Virus record (IMG/VR): IMGVR_UViG_3300031555_001441 | Location: 1-64,000 of that record | Strand: one strand, 5' to 3' | Origin: a virus | Taxonomy: Duplodnaviria > Caudoviricetes | Length of the DNA stretch: 64,000 bases | Shown here: positions 10,274 through 19,882 of the stretch, piece after piece | Layout of the letters: every line of letters starts with the position of its first letter | How positions within the stretch are numbered: position 1 is the stretch's first letter | The notes under the pieces: model-generated | What the model saw: only the letters and a program-made list of their open reading frames with translations | What the model was told of the DNA's origin: nothing | Databases searched by the model: none | Position numbers and translations under genes: made by a program

Positions 10274-10684
10274 TTATAATTCAGCTCCATTTAGAATCAA
10301 CTCTGGAACATCTCCAAAAGTTGTTGAAAGTTTAACAGTCATCTTAAGTTGATTAAATTGAGAAGTTGCTGTTGAATGCTGCCCTTCGGTAAAGAGAAGA
10401 CCATCAGCAAATTCAGTCAACTGTGAATATACACAAGGTTCCCACATATTTAATTGATTCTTGATCTTATCACAAATAATACTACGTTCTGTATCTGTAT
10501 TGTATTTCCACAGATGTTCTTTTAATCCAACACCGAAATTAGGTTCATTGTAAAGTTCAGTAGGATCAGACAGTATCAGCAGTCGTGTTCTGTTTACGAC
10601 AGATGCACTATCTTCTACAACATTAACAGTATTACGTGCTGGATCAAACATATTTGGAAATCTGATAGATGATGTTTTTGCCAT
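10274..10684 (-). CDS. Baseplate protein gp25-like
   Basis: ELYNEPNFGVGL and WEP motifs. Confidence 0.8.
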   Translation of the reverse strand: MAKTSSIRFPNMFDPARNTVNVVEDSASVVNRTRLLILSDPTELYNEPNFGVGLKEHLWKYNTDTERSIICDKIKNQLNMWEPCVYSQLTEFADGLLFTEGQHSTATSQFNQLKMTVKLSTTFGDVPELILNGAEL

Positions 10685-10695
10685 GTGTATTCTCC

Positions 10696-10986
10696 TTATA
10701 TCAGAGGAGCCGATCCGTAACTGCTGCCGGTGTATCCTAAAACTAACCAGTTACTAGGGCTGTCCCCTGTTGTAGCTATAGCAAGTATTTCACCGTTTAC
10801 AGGCTCATGTGGAAGTATGAGTGATGCAAAATAGGGAAGGTCTTCATCACTAACGTAGTTTCGTACTCGGCTACCTTTGTATTCTTTTTGAGTCATCGGA
10901 CCATGAATTGATGGTATTCTCACCTTTATCTTGAATTCACCTGATGATTCATATTTACTATCAATTGCGTACCCATAAACTATCAT
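10696..10986 (-). CDS. Baseplate spike N-terminal OB-like protein (gp5/gpV-like), short
   Basis: KIKVRIPSIHG..DLP..P..GE..VLG pattern; baseplate synteny. Confidence 0.55.
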   Translation of the reverse strand: MIVYGYAIDSKYESSGEFKIKVRIPSIHGPMTQKEYKGSRVRNYVSDEDLPYFASLILPHEPVNGEILAIATTGDSPSNWLVLGYTGSSYGSAPLI

Positions 10987-12503
10987 TCTTCAATCACCTC
11001 TGTACAGCTCCATAATAATTCTGCAACTTTAACACGTTCTGAAACATCTGAAGGAGCCTTATCATAATAAGTTGAAGCAAATCGCCTTGTAGCAGACTGC
11101 GGACTATCTGTCCCTTTCAAATATTCATATAGCCCCAGATACTTATTAGCGGTTCGTAATTCATTTATCAAAAATTGTATCTGACTTGATATAGTAGACC
11201 AATCGGAATTCTTCTGTAACTGTTTAGCTCTACCACCAGACCACAAACATAATCCAAATTGTATTGGAGTACCTCTATCATCTCTAATGATCATGTCAGC
11301 ACTTAACTTACTATCAACATACATATTAGCACATATTGCAATGCTACCTGCAATAGACAGATTGTAGTACATCAGATATGTTATAATGATCCTAGGAACA
11401 GACATCATCATAGTTATGATTCGACGTTTTGTTTCTTCAGGATCTTTGCCGGAGATAGCTTGAACAAAATTATATGCTGATTCATAATTTATTAAAGACA
11501 GCTTAACAGTAGATGATACATTTATAGAAGGTTCATATCTGTCATTTAAATTTGCGAATTCTCTGACCATTGCGTCATCACGTGTATATGTTATAGCATT
11601 GCCGAAAGTAGGTCTGTATACTCCGATTACACGTTCATCTGAAAAAGAAATCGATGTTTGATAGTTTCGATAATCTCGAGTTTCGGGTCGATATCGTGTA
11701 GTGACAACTCTAACATCTCTAGATAAAACTTCAATCACTACTGCGAGTTTATCTATCATTCGGTTACCTTTAGGATTGTTTTGAATGAGCAAGATATCAC
11801 AAGGCTGTGCTACTTGAATAGAATATTGATCTAAGATGCGTCCTAGACCTAGACGTACACTGTTAAGAATAACTCCGTTACAATCTCCTCCGGCTGCAAG
11901 TACAGATGTATTGAGAACAGAAGCGCAACGTTGTATGTACTCTACCGGTGTTATACAAATAGTTTCAATATCAGTTTCAATCTGTTTAATGAATTCATTA
12001 CTGATGTTCTTGTTAGAACTTGATACATAAGGATTATAAATAAATCCTTGAAAATTCGCATAGGGAGTTGGATATTCACCATTCTTACATTTTATTATTT
12101 GAGTTTTCCAATGTCGACTGTTGCTTGGATCATATACAACATCATCTCCACAGTGAGCTGATTCTGAAATAAGTACGGAGTTATCTGAATATACTTCTTC
12201 AACGATAGCAACATGACCGTATTCACCCCGAGTTCTCCAACACATTACGGCACCAACCTGAGGTATCAACCCTCTGGAATATCCGTCAGATCTATTTGGA
12301 TACCAATCTTTAGCGTTACTTCGTGATAGCGTACATGTTGTTACACCTCCCAGTTCCATGAATCTGCCCCATGCGTATCCAACGCAATTTGGTAAACAAG
12401 ATCCGTTAACATACGTCACGCATCTGTTGTATCCTGGACCAGGAGCTTTCTTCCATCCTGTAGAAATGTAATATTTATTTGTTTTAGACGGTGCGGTTAA
12501 CAT
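10983..12503 (-). CDS. Tail-associated peptidoglycan hydrolase: N-terminal CHAP plus C-terminal phage tail lysozyme-like domain
   Basis: PNCVGYAWGR and YGHVAIVE CHAP dyad; FGLCLWSGGR..QIQFLINEL lysozyme-like motif. Confidence 0.75.
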   Translation of the reverse strand: MLTAPSKTNKYYISTGWKKAPGPGYNRCVTYVNGSCLPNCVGYAWGRFMELGGVTTCTLSRSNAKDWYPNRSDGYSRGLIPQVGAVMCWRTRGEYGHVAIVEEVYSDNSVLISESAHCGDDVVYDPSNSRHWKTQIIKCKNGEYPTPYANFQGFIYNPYVSSSNKNISNEFIKQIETDIETICITPVEYIQRCASVLNTSVLAAGGDCNGVILNSVRLGLGRILDQYSIQVAQPCDILLIQNNPKGNRMIDKLAVVIEVLSRDVRVVTTRYRPETRDYRNYQTSISFSDERVIGVYRPTFGNAITYTRDDAMVREFANLNDRYEPSINVSSTVKLSLINYESAYNFVQAISGKDPEETKRRIITMMMSVPRIIITYLMYYNLSIAGSIAICANMYVDSKLSADMIIRDDRGTPIQFGLCLWSGGRAKQLQKNSDWSTISSQIQFLINELRTANKYLGLYEYLKGTDSPQSATRRFASTYYDKAPSDVSERVKVAELLWSCTEVIEE

Positions 12504-13080
12504 TATCTACCTCAAAAAATTGTTGCGGAACTATATCATGTTCTACAAGATTAACTAGCTCTATGTTGTTTCTAATATGATTATCTATCCACAAGAGCCA
12601 TCTATCCTTGTGCATACTCCAAGTTATGTTATTCAAATCGTTGTTAGACAAATACAATCCTATCTGATTCTCATACTTTCGAGCAGATAAGATGTTAAAA
12701 CTTCTCTGAATCATTGCATCATTTGTGGTCTTAGTAGACTGTGTGAACATACGCTTGACCCAAATACCTATTTGGGGTTTGATGTATTGTGCTACATTGA
12801 AGAATGCATTGAACTCTACATTGACTTCTGAAACATTTCTAGCACGCAATGTAAGATACAATCCGAATGGAACATCATACTTAATTAGAGCTTCTAGTTG
12901 AGATTGCAGTCGAGCATTGTATATGATAGAATTTGGTCGATGAGTAATAATATCAAAATAATCGCTTACTTCAACAATTGCTCCTGAAATACGCTGCTGA
13001 TTAAAAACAGTTGCAGGAGGTACGTTTGATAAGCGATTCAGTGTAATCAAATAAGGTTTAGTTTCTGTTGTATTCATCAT
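12484..13080 (-). CDS. Degenerate GH25-like (muramidase-fold) protein
   Basis: VPFGLY..ARNVSE...E, IGLY and LWI segments resembling GH25; catalytic acids not evident. Confidence 0.4.
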   Translation of the reverse strand: MMNTTETKPYLITLNRLSNVPPATVFNQQRISGAIVEVSDYFDIITHRPNSIIYNARLQSQLEALIKYDVPFGLYLTLRARNVSEVNVEFNAFFNVAQYIKPQIGIWVKRMFTQSTKTTNDAMIQRSFNILSARKYENQIGLYLSNNDLNNITWSMHKDRWLLWIDNHIRNNIELVNLVEHDIVPQQFFEVDNVNRTV

Positions 13081-14540
13081 GCAATATTATGTAAATTAGT
13101 TGTCCAGAGATAAGTGAAATCTGGATAGATATCTCCAAAATTAACTTCATAAGGTGATACTACATTTGGAGTTGTGTTACCTATGTTGTGCAACCATGAT
13201 TTGCCTCCTGGAGCATATATACCTTGTGATGCAGCAACTTGATTTGCCGAACTCATTGTAAATCGTTGTAACTTAAGCGTTGTTACAAATGAATTTGATA
13301 GTTTATGTGATACAGATACTATATTATATATCCCTGTTATAGGAGATAATGTATTACCTGACATCACTAACAACGAAACCGGCTGTGCTATCTGATATCG
13401 TCTTGTAGATCCGGGAATGTCGACACTGAAATCTCCGCTGAATTGCGAAGCAATTGCATTAACATCATTTATGATATTAGCAGTTTGATAAACATCTCCA
13501 ACATCAGCACTCCAGCTGTTGACAACTTTAGCGTTATTCAATATGGTCTCGCCACTGGGATCTAGGTTGAATCCTACATCAGCAAAATTCATATCAGTCA
13601 TGTTGTAAGCAACACCATTGTACGAACCTGATATAGATAACACATTTGTATGTGCAGTTCCGAACTCTAATACGTCAGAAGCTCGATTGTTAAGTAAGCC
13701 TGCATCACTCTTGTAGTGAATAACACCTCTACGCGTCATTGTAGGCTCATCTATCCAGAATGAAAATGATGTACATTGTATAGCATTATCTGTTAAGGAT
13801 TTTTTCAAATACGCAGGACGGGTTTGATATGTTGTATGATCGACAATACTACGTAGTGAAAGCCCATCAACTACACCGGCTGCCTCTCGTGAACTATTAT
13901 ATGACTTCGACAATCTAAGAAGTCCTGGGAACGTATCATAATCATCTCCCGAATAGCTTCCACGGACATAGTTAATGAAGCTTGTATTAAGATCCCCATG
14001 TTGCACAAATGTAACTGCATCATTGCGATCGACATCCAGCTCATAATAATTTGTGATCTTTGAAGCTTTAGCAAATCCTATGAATACAGCTGACGGCTGA
14101 ACCCAACCAGTTACAGATGGAACATTCAACACAGGTGCTGTCAAAGATGTAACTAATGATGCATATCCGGTAACAACATACGTAAGATATCGTCCGCTTG
14201 TACTCACTTTAAACTGTATTGTAAATCCCTGATATGAAACATGTTCTTCAATCTGCCCATTTGTACCGCACCATCCAAACGCAAATGATACTGGAATACC
14301 ACTTGCATTCTTGTATCGAGACGCTGCTTGAGCAGCAGAATACAACAGAGCTTCAAACGCAGAAGCATTTACACGTCGTGTATCATCACCGCCTACAATA
14401 CATGTTAGCGTCCACGACGTAACTGATGTTATTTCACTGTTTGATAGCTCCAATGTACAAAACGGTGATGGAACTATCATACCGAATTCTGTGATAGACA
14501 CTCCTGCAAGAGTGAACGAAACCCACGCCTGACGTTTCAT
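13077..14540 (-). CDS. Baseplate hub-like structural protein
   Basis: 487 aa; C-terminal GIYNIVSVSHKLSNSFVTTLKL typical of hub/gpD-like proteins; synteny. Confidence 0.6.
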   Translation of the reverse strand: MKRQAWVSFTLAGVSITEFGMIVPSPFCTLELSNSEITSVTSWTLTCIVGGDDTRRVNASAFEALLYSAAQAASRYKNASGIPVSFAFGWCGTNGQIEEHVSYQGFTIQFKVSTSGRYLTYVVTGYASLVTSLTAPVLNVPSVTGWVQPSAVFIGFAKASKITNYYELDVDRNDAVTFVQHGDLNTSFINYVRGSYSGDDYDTFPGLLRLSKSYNSSREAAGVVDGLSLRSIVDHTTYQTRPAYLKKSLTDNAIQCTSFSFWIDEPTMTRRGVIHYKSDAGLLNNRASDVLEFGTAHTNVLSISGSYNGVAYNMTDMNFADVGFNLDPSGETILNNAKVVNSWSADVGDVYQTANIINDVNAIASQFSGDFSVDIPGSTRRYQIAQPVSLLVMSGNTLSPITGIYNIVSVSHKLSNSFVTTLKLQRFTMSSANQVAASQGIYAPGGKSWLHNIGNTTPNVVSPYEVNFGDIYPDFTYLWTTNLHNIA

Positions 14541-14555
14541 GTTGTGTGACCTCTT

Positions 14556-14610
14556 CAGCTCAGCCTTCGCAGCTTCGCAGCTTTGCAGCTTTGCAGCCTT
14601 CGCAGCTTCG
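14556..14610. repeat. Short tandem repeat of CAGC(C)TT(C/T)G, 6 units of 8-9 bp plus a partial unit
   Basis: cagccttcg-cagcttcg-cagctttg-cagctttg-cagccttcg-cagcttcg read directly from an intergenic region. Confidence 0.9.
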
Positions 14611-14721
14611 CCGTTCTTAATCGTAATTTAATATCTTATTTATATTTCTACCTAGATTTTTTTCACCCATATATATATTGTGTGTATAGTATGTGGTGTA
14701 TGTGATATGTATGTGTATGTT

Positions 14722-15147
14722 TTATTCTTCACCTAAGTTTAGTGCAAACGGGTTTATTGATGAGAGTACTTCTCCTGCGGTGAAGAGTGATGTTGGTGAT
14801 ACAGGATGTTTGAGGATTTGTCCTTGGTATGTTGAGAATCCGTCCTCTATGTTGTTGAAGTATGCGAGTATCCATCCGTAGGTTGGATCTCCGAATAGTT
14901 TTTGAGAAATTAGATCCAACCGATTTACTTCTGTAGCTTGTACTTCGTAGTATTTTATTTCAATATTAGATGAGATCGCATTAGGTGTTTCAAGAGCTAC
15001 AAATCGAGTGGTTGGATCATTAGGATTGTGAGTTACTTGACGAAGTTTGCGATAGCGAGATATGTGTTGATAATCTCGACATACACCATACTGTATTCCG
15101 CCATGCGGAAGTACTTTATAAGGAATTGTTGTATTGTAAAATTTCAT
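14722..15147 (-). CDS. Baseplate wedge gp53-like / LysM-like protein
   Basis: NRLDLISQKLFGDPTYGWILAYFNNI motif. Confidence 0.75.
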   Translation of the reverse strand: MKFYNTTIPYKVLPHGGIQYGVCRDYQHISRYRKLRQVTHNPNDPTTRFVALETPNAISSNIEIKYYEVQATEVNRLDLISQKLFGDPTYGWILAYFNNIEDGFSTYQGQILKHPVSPTSLFTAGEVLSSINPFALNLGEE

Positions 15148-15518
15148 TGTAATTTCTCTTTGTTTATCTTTGGACGTTCTAGACGTAGTCCGCAGTCTTC
15201 ACAATACTGCACCGGTTGTATTTCTTTGTGTCCACATTGCGGACACACATATGTGAAACGTTTATATCTTTTGTTGTTTTTAGACGTTTCGATAACTTTA
15301 ACAACCCAGTTTTGTGTACGAATGACAGATTCTACTCCTATTTTTGCAATTGCAGCTTCTGTTGCAGATAACTTTACAGATCTACACCGATGTGCAGCAG
15401 TACTGAGTTTCTGCAATACTTCCATTGGCGTTGATTCATGCGATTTGAACATCATTGGATTCACCCTCCCACTATATGTATTTAGTTTATAGATAAGGCT
15501 TTGCCTTAACATAATCAT
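15144..15518 (-). CDS. Zinc-ribbon hypothetical protein (start uncertain)
   Basis: CPQCG...YCEDCG. Confidence 0.5.
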   Translation of the reverse strand: MIMLRQSLIYKLNTYSGRVNPMMFKSHESTPMEVLQKLSTAAHRCRSVKLSATEAAIAKIGVESVIRTQNWVVKVIETSKNNKRYKRFTYVCPQCGHKEIQPVQYCEDCGLRLERPKINKEKLQ

Positions 15519-16488
15519 AATTTAGAGGTTCTTTAGAAACTTCTGCAATTGTAAGTGTTAATACACAATGCAAATAATAATCATCTAGTCCGATAGGACC
15601 ATCCCACTCTTCTGATACATCTTTGAGCACACCATGAATGATTTGATGCCCACCTATGTAGAGCGTAACAAAAGACGTGTTAACTAATGAGCCATTGTAA
15701 CTCGGATAACAGTTTGCTTTGCAAAACTGTATAAGTTTAAAAGCGTAACCGTCTCGATGATCTCCTGTCCACATATCTCGATGAAAGTTAAATTTGTAGG
15801 AGTTCTCACGAGGTCCTGAGCTCTTATACAAGTACCAAGGTTCATATTGATATAGCATATCAGGCATCTCGTCATAAGAAGCAACAGTCTTATCTGAGAT
15901 GGTTTCAGGATACACAGGAAAATCCATGTATTCATTCGACAGTGCAGAATACAAAGATATCTTTCCCCAAGGTATTCTGAACCACTGAAATACATTAGGT
16001 GTTTCTGGTGACGGTACATAGCCGATATTAGTTGCAGGCAACTGACTGTATGTTATAAACAACGCTGGTTCTACTCTACCATATAGTTGCATTTGTTCCA
16101 CAGCAGCATTTCCAACAGATGCTGTGATCTGTTGTTGATTTCCTAGTAAGGTAGATTGATCTACAAGATGGATATCATCAGGAACGAGCAACGTATCTTG
16201 AAATGATCCTGTGGTATCTAGCACACGCCATTCAGAGTCGCTCATCAAAGCAGCGCGTTCGAATAAGTCTGCATCGCCGCGTAGCTTATTTAGCATACTG
16301 ACCTTACGTTGATTGGTAACTTCAATATTTGTATCAGATGCAATCTGTTCGCATCTATCATGCAGAGCTTGACCTACTTTATTAACTCGAGGTACTCTAT
16401 TGATACCTAACAACTTAGATACCTGTTGACCTACGATTCTTGTAAGTTGAGTTAAAGTTGTATCTTTAGATACAGGCAGCATCTTCAT
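15487..16488 (-). CDS. Baseplate/tube-initiator-like structural protein
   Basis: FPVYPETISD..YKSSGPR..F.FHRD..LYIGG pattern of contractile-tail tube initiator proteins; synteny. Confidence 0.55.
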   Translation of the reverse strand: MKMLPVSKDTTLTQLTRIVGQQVSKLLGINRVPRVNKVGQALHDRCEQIASDTNIEVTNQRKVSMLNKLRGDADLFERAALMSDSEWRVLDTTGSFQDTLLVPDDIHLVDQSTLLGNQQQITASVGNAAVEQMQLYGRVEPALFITYSQLPATNIGYVPSPETPNVFQWFRIPWGKISLYSALSNEYMDFPVYPETISDKTVASYDEMPDMLYQYEPWYLYKSSGPRENSYKFNFHRDMWTGDHRDGYAFKLIQFCKANCYPSYNGSLVNTSFVTLYIGGHQIIHGVLKDVSEEWDGPIGLDDYYLHCVLTLTIAEVSKEPLNYDYVKAKPYL

Positions 16489-16499
16489 AGAATGTCTCC

Positions 16500-17096
16500 T
16501 TATAATTGCCCTTGTAATTGTAATCGTAGACTTTTGATGACATGAGGCTCCCCAAATATTGTAACAGGACGTCGTTCATACAGAGGTAATTTTGCTATCC
16601 ATTGCTCAGAAATTTGTTTACACTTAGTAGCAGCAGACAGCGTAAATTCATCTACCATATTAGGTGTTTGAAGAAGTTCTAACAGATCATGTTTATCTCG
16701 TTGATTGCTACTATCACATATAACAGAATGTAACATGTATGAATATATCCAATTAGGTAACTCATCTCTGACTAACTGATATGTTACATTATCAATTGTG
16801 ACTTCTGTTGAATTCACAGATGATTTATTGAGTTTCTTCCACTCAAACAGCAGTCTTTGAATCGTGTTATGTAATACATCGTAAACAGATTGTAAACTTT
16901 CAAAACCATCTGGAAGAAAATAATTTTGATGAAAATAATCATTAGGATTGATAATAAATTCATCATTTGAGTCTTGTGAAGTTGAAAAGAAAGCATCAAT
17001 TAGTTCATCACGTGAAATCAAATAATAAGGGAAATCAGGTAGATACCCTTCTTGAATATATTTGATTTTCATGACACTTTCGATAAATTCACTCAT
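16500..17096 (-). CDS. Hypothetical protein in the tail module
   Basis: 198 aa ORF, translationally coupled to its neighbours. Confidence 0.6.
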   Translation of the reverse strand: MSEFIESVMKIKYIQEGYLPDFPYYLISRDELIDAFFSTSQDSNDEFIINPNDYFHQNYFLPDGFESLQSVYDVLHNTIQRLLFEWKKLNKSSVNSTEVTIDNVTYQLVRDELPNWIYSYMLHSVICDSSNQRDKHDLLELLQTPNMVDEFTLSAATKCKQISEQWIAKLPLYERRPVTIFGEPHVIKSLRLQLQGQL

Positions 17097-19834
17097 GATA
17101 TAACCCTTCCACTAAATGTATAAACACTACCGCTTTCAAGCCCAGGTATTACATATCCTATAGGAGACGGTGAACCTGTAGAATCATATATTATAGGAGT
17201 TACTTCGCTGAAAGTTGTACGAATCGCAAGTGTGCATTTAACAGCTTGTTCTGAATACGTATCGTCATACGATTCTGTAGTTAATGTAAATGTGTTTGTA
17301 TGCACATGATGTGTCGGATCTGAGCCATTGCTAGTTACAGGATAGGCTGTCATGAACTCACCTGATACTTTTATCTTCTTGTTCATCTTCTTATAAGGAT
17401 ATACAAGTTGAGCTCCATGTGGCAATGCAAATTGAGATACGATAAATGATTCGACATCTGAATTATTAGAGGTAATACTATCAGATATCTTTATACCTAG
17501 CCCTACAACACTACCGTATTCATCAAGTGTTACGGAATCTAGTCCTAATGCGTAGTGAAGGTCATTAGCACTATCAGGTGCAAATGCATCTATGTCTTGT
17601 GCAGCTAATGGAACATTTTTCTGATATACAGTCATACCGTCAACATATATCTGAGGAGCTGATGCTTGATCGGCTGCTGTAGTATTCTGCATTCCATCTA
17701 GTTGATACCACAACTTCAATCCTACTATAGAAGTTGCATAATTGATAACTGTTGCATCATAGAATAGTTCACAGTTGTCAAGAATAATATTAGGTGTTCC
17801 ACTTATGTTATTATCTACACGAATTCTTTGACAGTTCTTGATAGAAACTGTAGTGTTTGTCGTAGCAGATCCAAGTATATGTAGATAAACCGATGCACCG
17901 AAACGACTGTCAATATCATGAATCAGCAATTCTCTGCTAGATGCAGATGTATCATCTGGCAGCTGGATTGTTATATTGATAACGTTGAAATCTGTTGTCT
18001 CACCTTGTGCGAATAATTCAAGTTGTTCAATATCAGGAAACGCTACGCGTTCATTCACATATGCATCTAATTGATTTTGAAGTTCATCAAATGTAAGATT
18101 CAAGAACGACTGATCATGTCCTAATTGATATGCAAGAGCGCCACTTGCAAGCTTTTCATAATCTAGCACTCTCAAGTGTCCTTCAGAATCCATGAAAACA
18201 TATCCTGAACCTAGTTGAGTATCGGAAACATTTCTAAATCCACCGACAGTTGTTTCTGTTGCTAGTGGAATTGAATATGTTAGCCAGACCGGATCTGAGT
18301 AATCTCGATTGTACGGATCAGAATAAGTAACTATCCAATACGTAGTTGCATTTGTATATTTAACTGTGATATAGTCACCCGGTAATCCGGTAGGTAGCGG
18401 TGACATCAAATTCAACTGCGCTACAATATCAGGAATATCATTTAAGTAGAGTGTAGTAAACGCTCTATCTAACTCTACTTGTGCAATGGATTTACCTGAA
18501 ACTGGTTTATTCATCTGTGGAGTGTTAGAAAATCTGTCCGCAGATGTAATTGCAGCAGGCTTTGGAACTATAACATATATAGTAGCCGGTGCTGTAGATA
18601 CATCGCCGCCAGTTTGTGTAGCATCACGACCTACAAGTATGAAATCATATGTTTCCCATGTAGTAGGTATAGTTGGAAGCTCATCTACAGATGTTAACAC
18701 AGGCATAAACATACGTTCTGTATGATTTCCACCGTACATGTAGAATATAGAATTGCTTATGTATTGAAGCCGATCTTCAATAGCTGAGGTGTATTTAGGA
18801 GTAACCAACCCATATGACTCTAGATTGTCAAAATCAGCAGACGGCAGAGATAACACCTTAGGATAATACTTATATCTAGTAGTCGAATTTGGATCGTTGA
18901 CATTCATCATACCGCCGTCTATTTGCTTATGTGGTATGACAAAATCAAGCTGATCTGTCTGATCATTCCAATGAAACGAAGCTTCATCTACCTGACCATA
19001 TTCACTATCATCTACATCAGTAGCAGGGTCAGATTGTGGTGATTTGTCCCAAACCATGATACTATCAGTAGAATCACACCATGTATCTTCTCCAGATGCA
19101 GATACTTCCCCATATTGATCTACAATAGGCTTTCCGGCAAATACATAGATTTTATTTGGTTGAATTCCTTGTTTTGTAACAAATCTATCACCAACAATAC
19201 TGTCTATGTCGCCGATACGAGACGCATCTAGCACAGTTGATTGTTCAGTGTAGGCTACATTTTCGATGTTGCCTCGAATACTGCCATTAACAAATCGAAA
19301 ATTAGCAAGTTTAAGATGCGCACTTACTGATGCTTCAGACGTTGGAACATCTTTAGGCAGTTTAAACTGTGATGTAGGAAGAATAACAAACTGTAGTCCT
19401 TTATACATCTGTGTGTCATCATCTTCAGGTAACAGCGCACCTGCATATGCATTTGCAGATAATGTAGAACCGGATAACGCTGTATCCGCATATATCATTC
19501 GGATGCCGATAGTAAGATCACCCGAAAGTTGTTCAGACGTCGCTGCGATTGCAGCTATGAGGTCAATCGAAATATCAGAAAGTGTTTGTACAAAGTGTCC
19601 ATTGATAACAGCTTTGCCTGCACTTATTACTAGTGTTGTGTTATCAGAACTAGATACGTGAAAATCTCGAGACGAATGAACATATGTAGGTCCAACATCA
19701 TATTCTATTTCAGGAGACGTAGCAACACTTTCTCGGCTCCGCATGTTGAACTCTGTAGCAAGCTGACCACCATTAGTTGAGTTTGCCATCGGAAATACAT
19801 TAGTAATCGCTACTGGAAACAATGGAATGTTCAT
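17093..19834 (-). CDS. Large virion structural protein (tail/baseplate), function unknown
   Basis: 913 aa; beta-rich and acidic; ISAGKAVINGH motif; GAGGT RBS; promoter-like motif at 19871-19880. Confidence 0.6.
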   Translation of the reverse strand: MNIPLFPVAITNVFPMANSTNGGQLATEFNMRSRESVATSPEIEYDVGPTYVHSSRDFHVSSSDNTTLVISAGKAVINGHFVQTLSDISIDLIAAIAATSEQLSGDLTIGIRMIYADTALSGSTLSANAYAGALLPEDDDTQMYKGLQFVILPTSQFKLPKDVPTSEASVSAHLKLANFRFVNGSIRGNIENVAYTEQSTVLDASRIGDIDSIVGDRFVTKQGIQPNKIYVFAGKPIVDQYGEVSASGEDTWCDSTDSIMVWDKSPQSDPATDVDDSEYGQVDEASFHWNDQTDQLDFVIPHKQIDGGMMNVNDPNSTTRYKYYPKVLSLPSADFDNLESYGLVTPKYTSAIEDRLQYISNSIFYMYGGNHTERMFMPVLTSVDELPTIPTTWETYDFILVGRDATQTGGDVSTAPATIYVIVPKPAAITSADRFSNTPQMNKPVSGKSIAQVELDRAFTTLYLNDIPDIVAQLNLMSPLPTGLPGDYITVKYTNATTYWIVTYSDPYNRDYSDPVWLTYSIPLATETTVGGFRNVSDTQLGSGYVFMDSEGHLRVLDYEKLASGALAYQLGHDQSFLNLTFDELQNQLDAYVNERVAFPDIEQLELFAQGETTDFNVINITIQLPDDTSASSRELLIHDIDSRFGASVYLHILGSATTNTTVSIKNCQRIRVDNNISGTPNIILDNCELFYDATVINYATSIVGLKLWYQLDGMQNTTAADQASAPQIYVDGMTVYQKNVPLAAQDIDAFAPDSANDLHYALGLDSVTLDEYGSVVGLGIKISDSITSNNSDVESFIVSQFALPHGAQLVYPYKKMNKKIKVSGEFMTAYPVTSNGSDPTHHVHTNTFTLTTESYDDTYSEQAVKCTLAIRTTFSEVTPIIYDSTGSPSPIGYVIPGLESGSVYTFSGRVIS

Positions 19835-19882
19835 TTACATACCTCTCATAATTTATTTATTCATATATTTATACAAGGTGAA

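Noticed and set aside
14556-14610. CRISPR array
   Set aside because: Units are 8-9 bp with no spacers and no cas genes. No CRISPR array was seen anywhere in the window.
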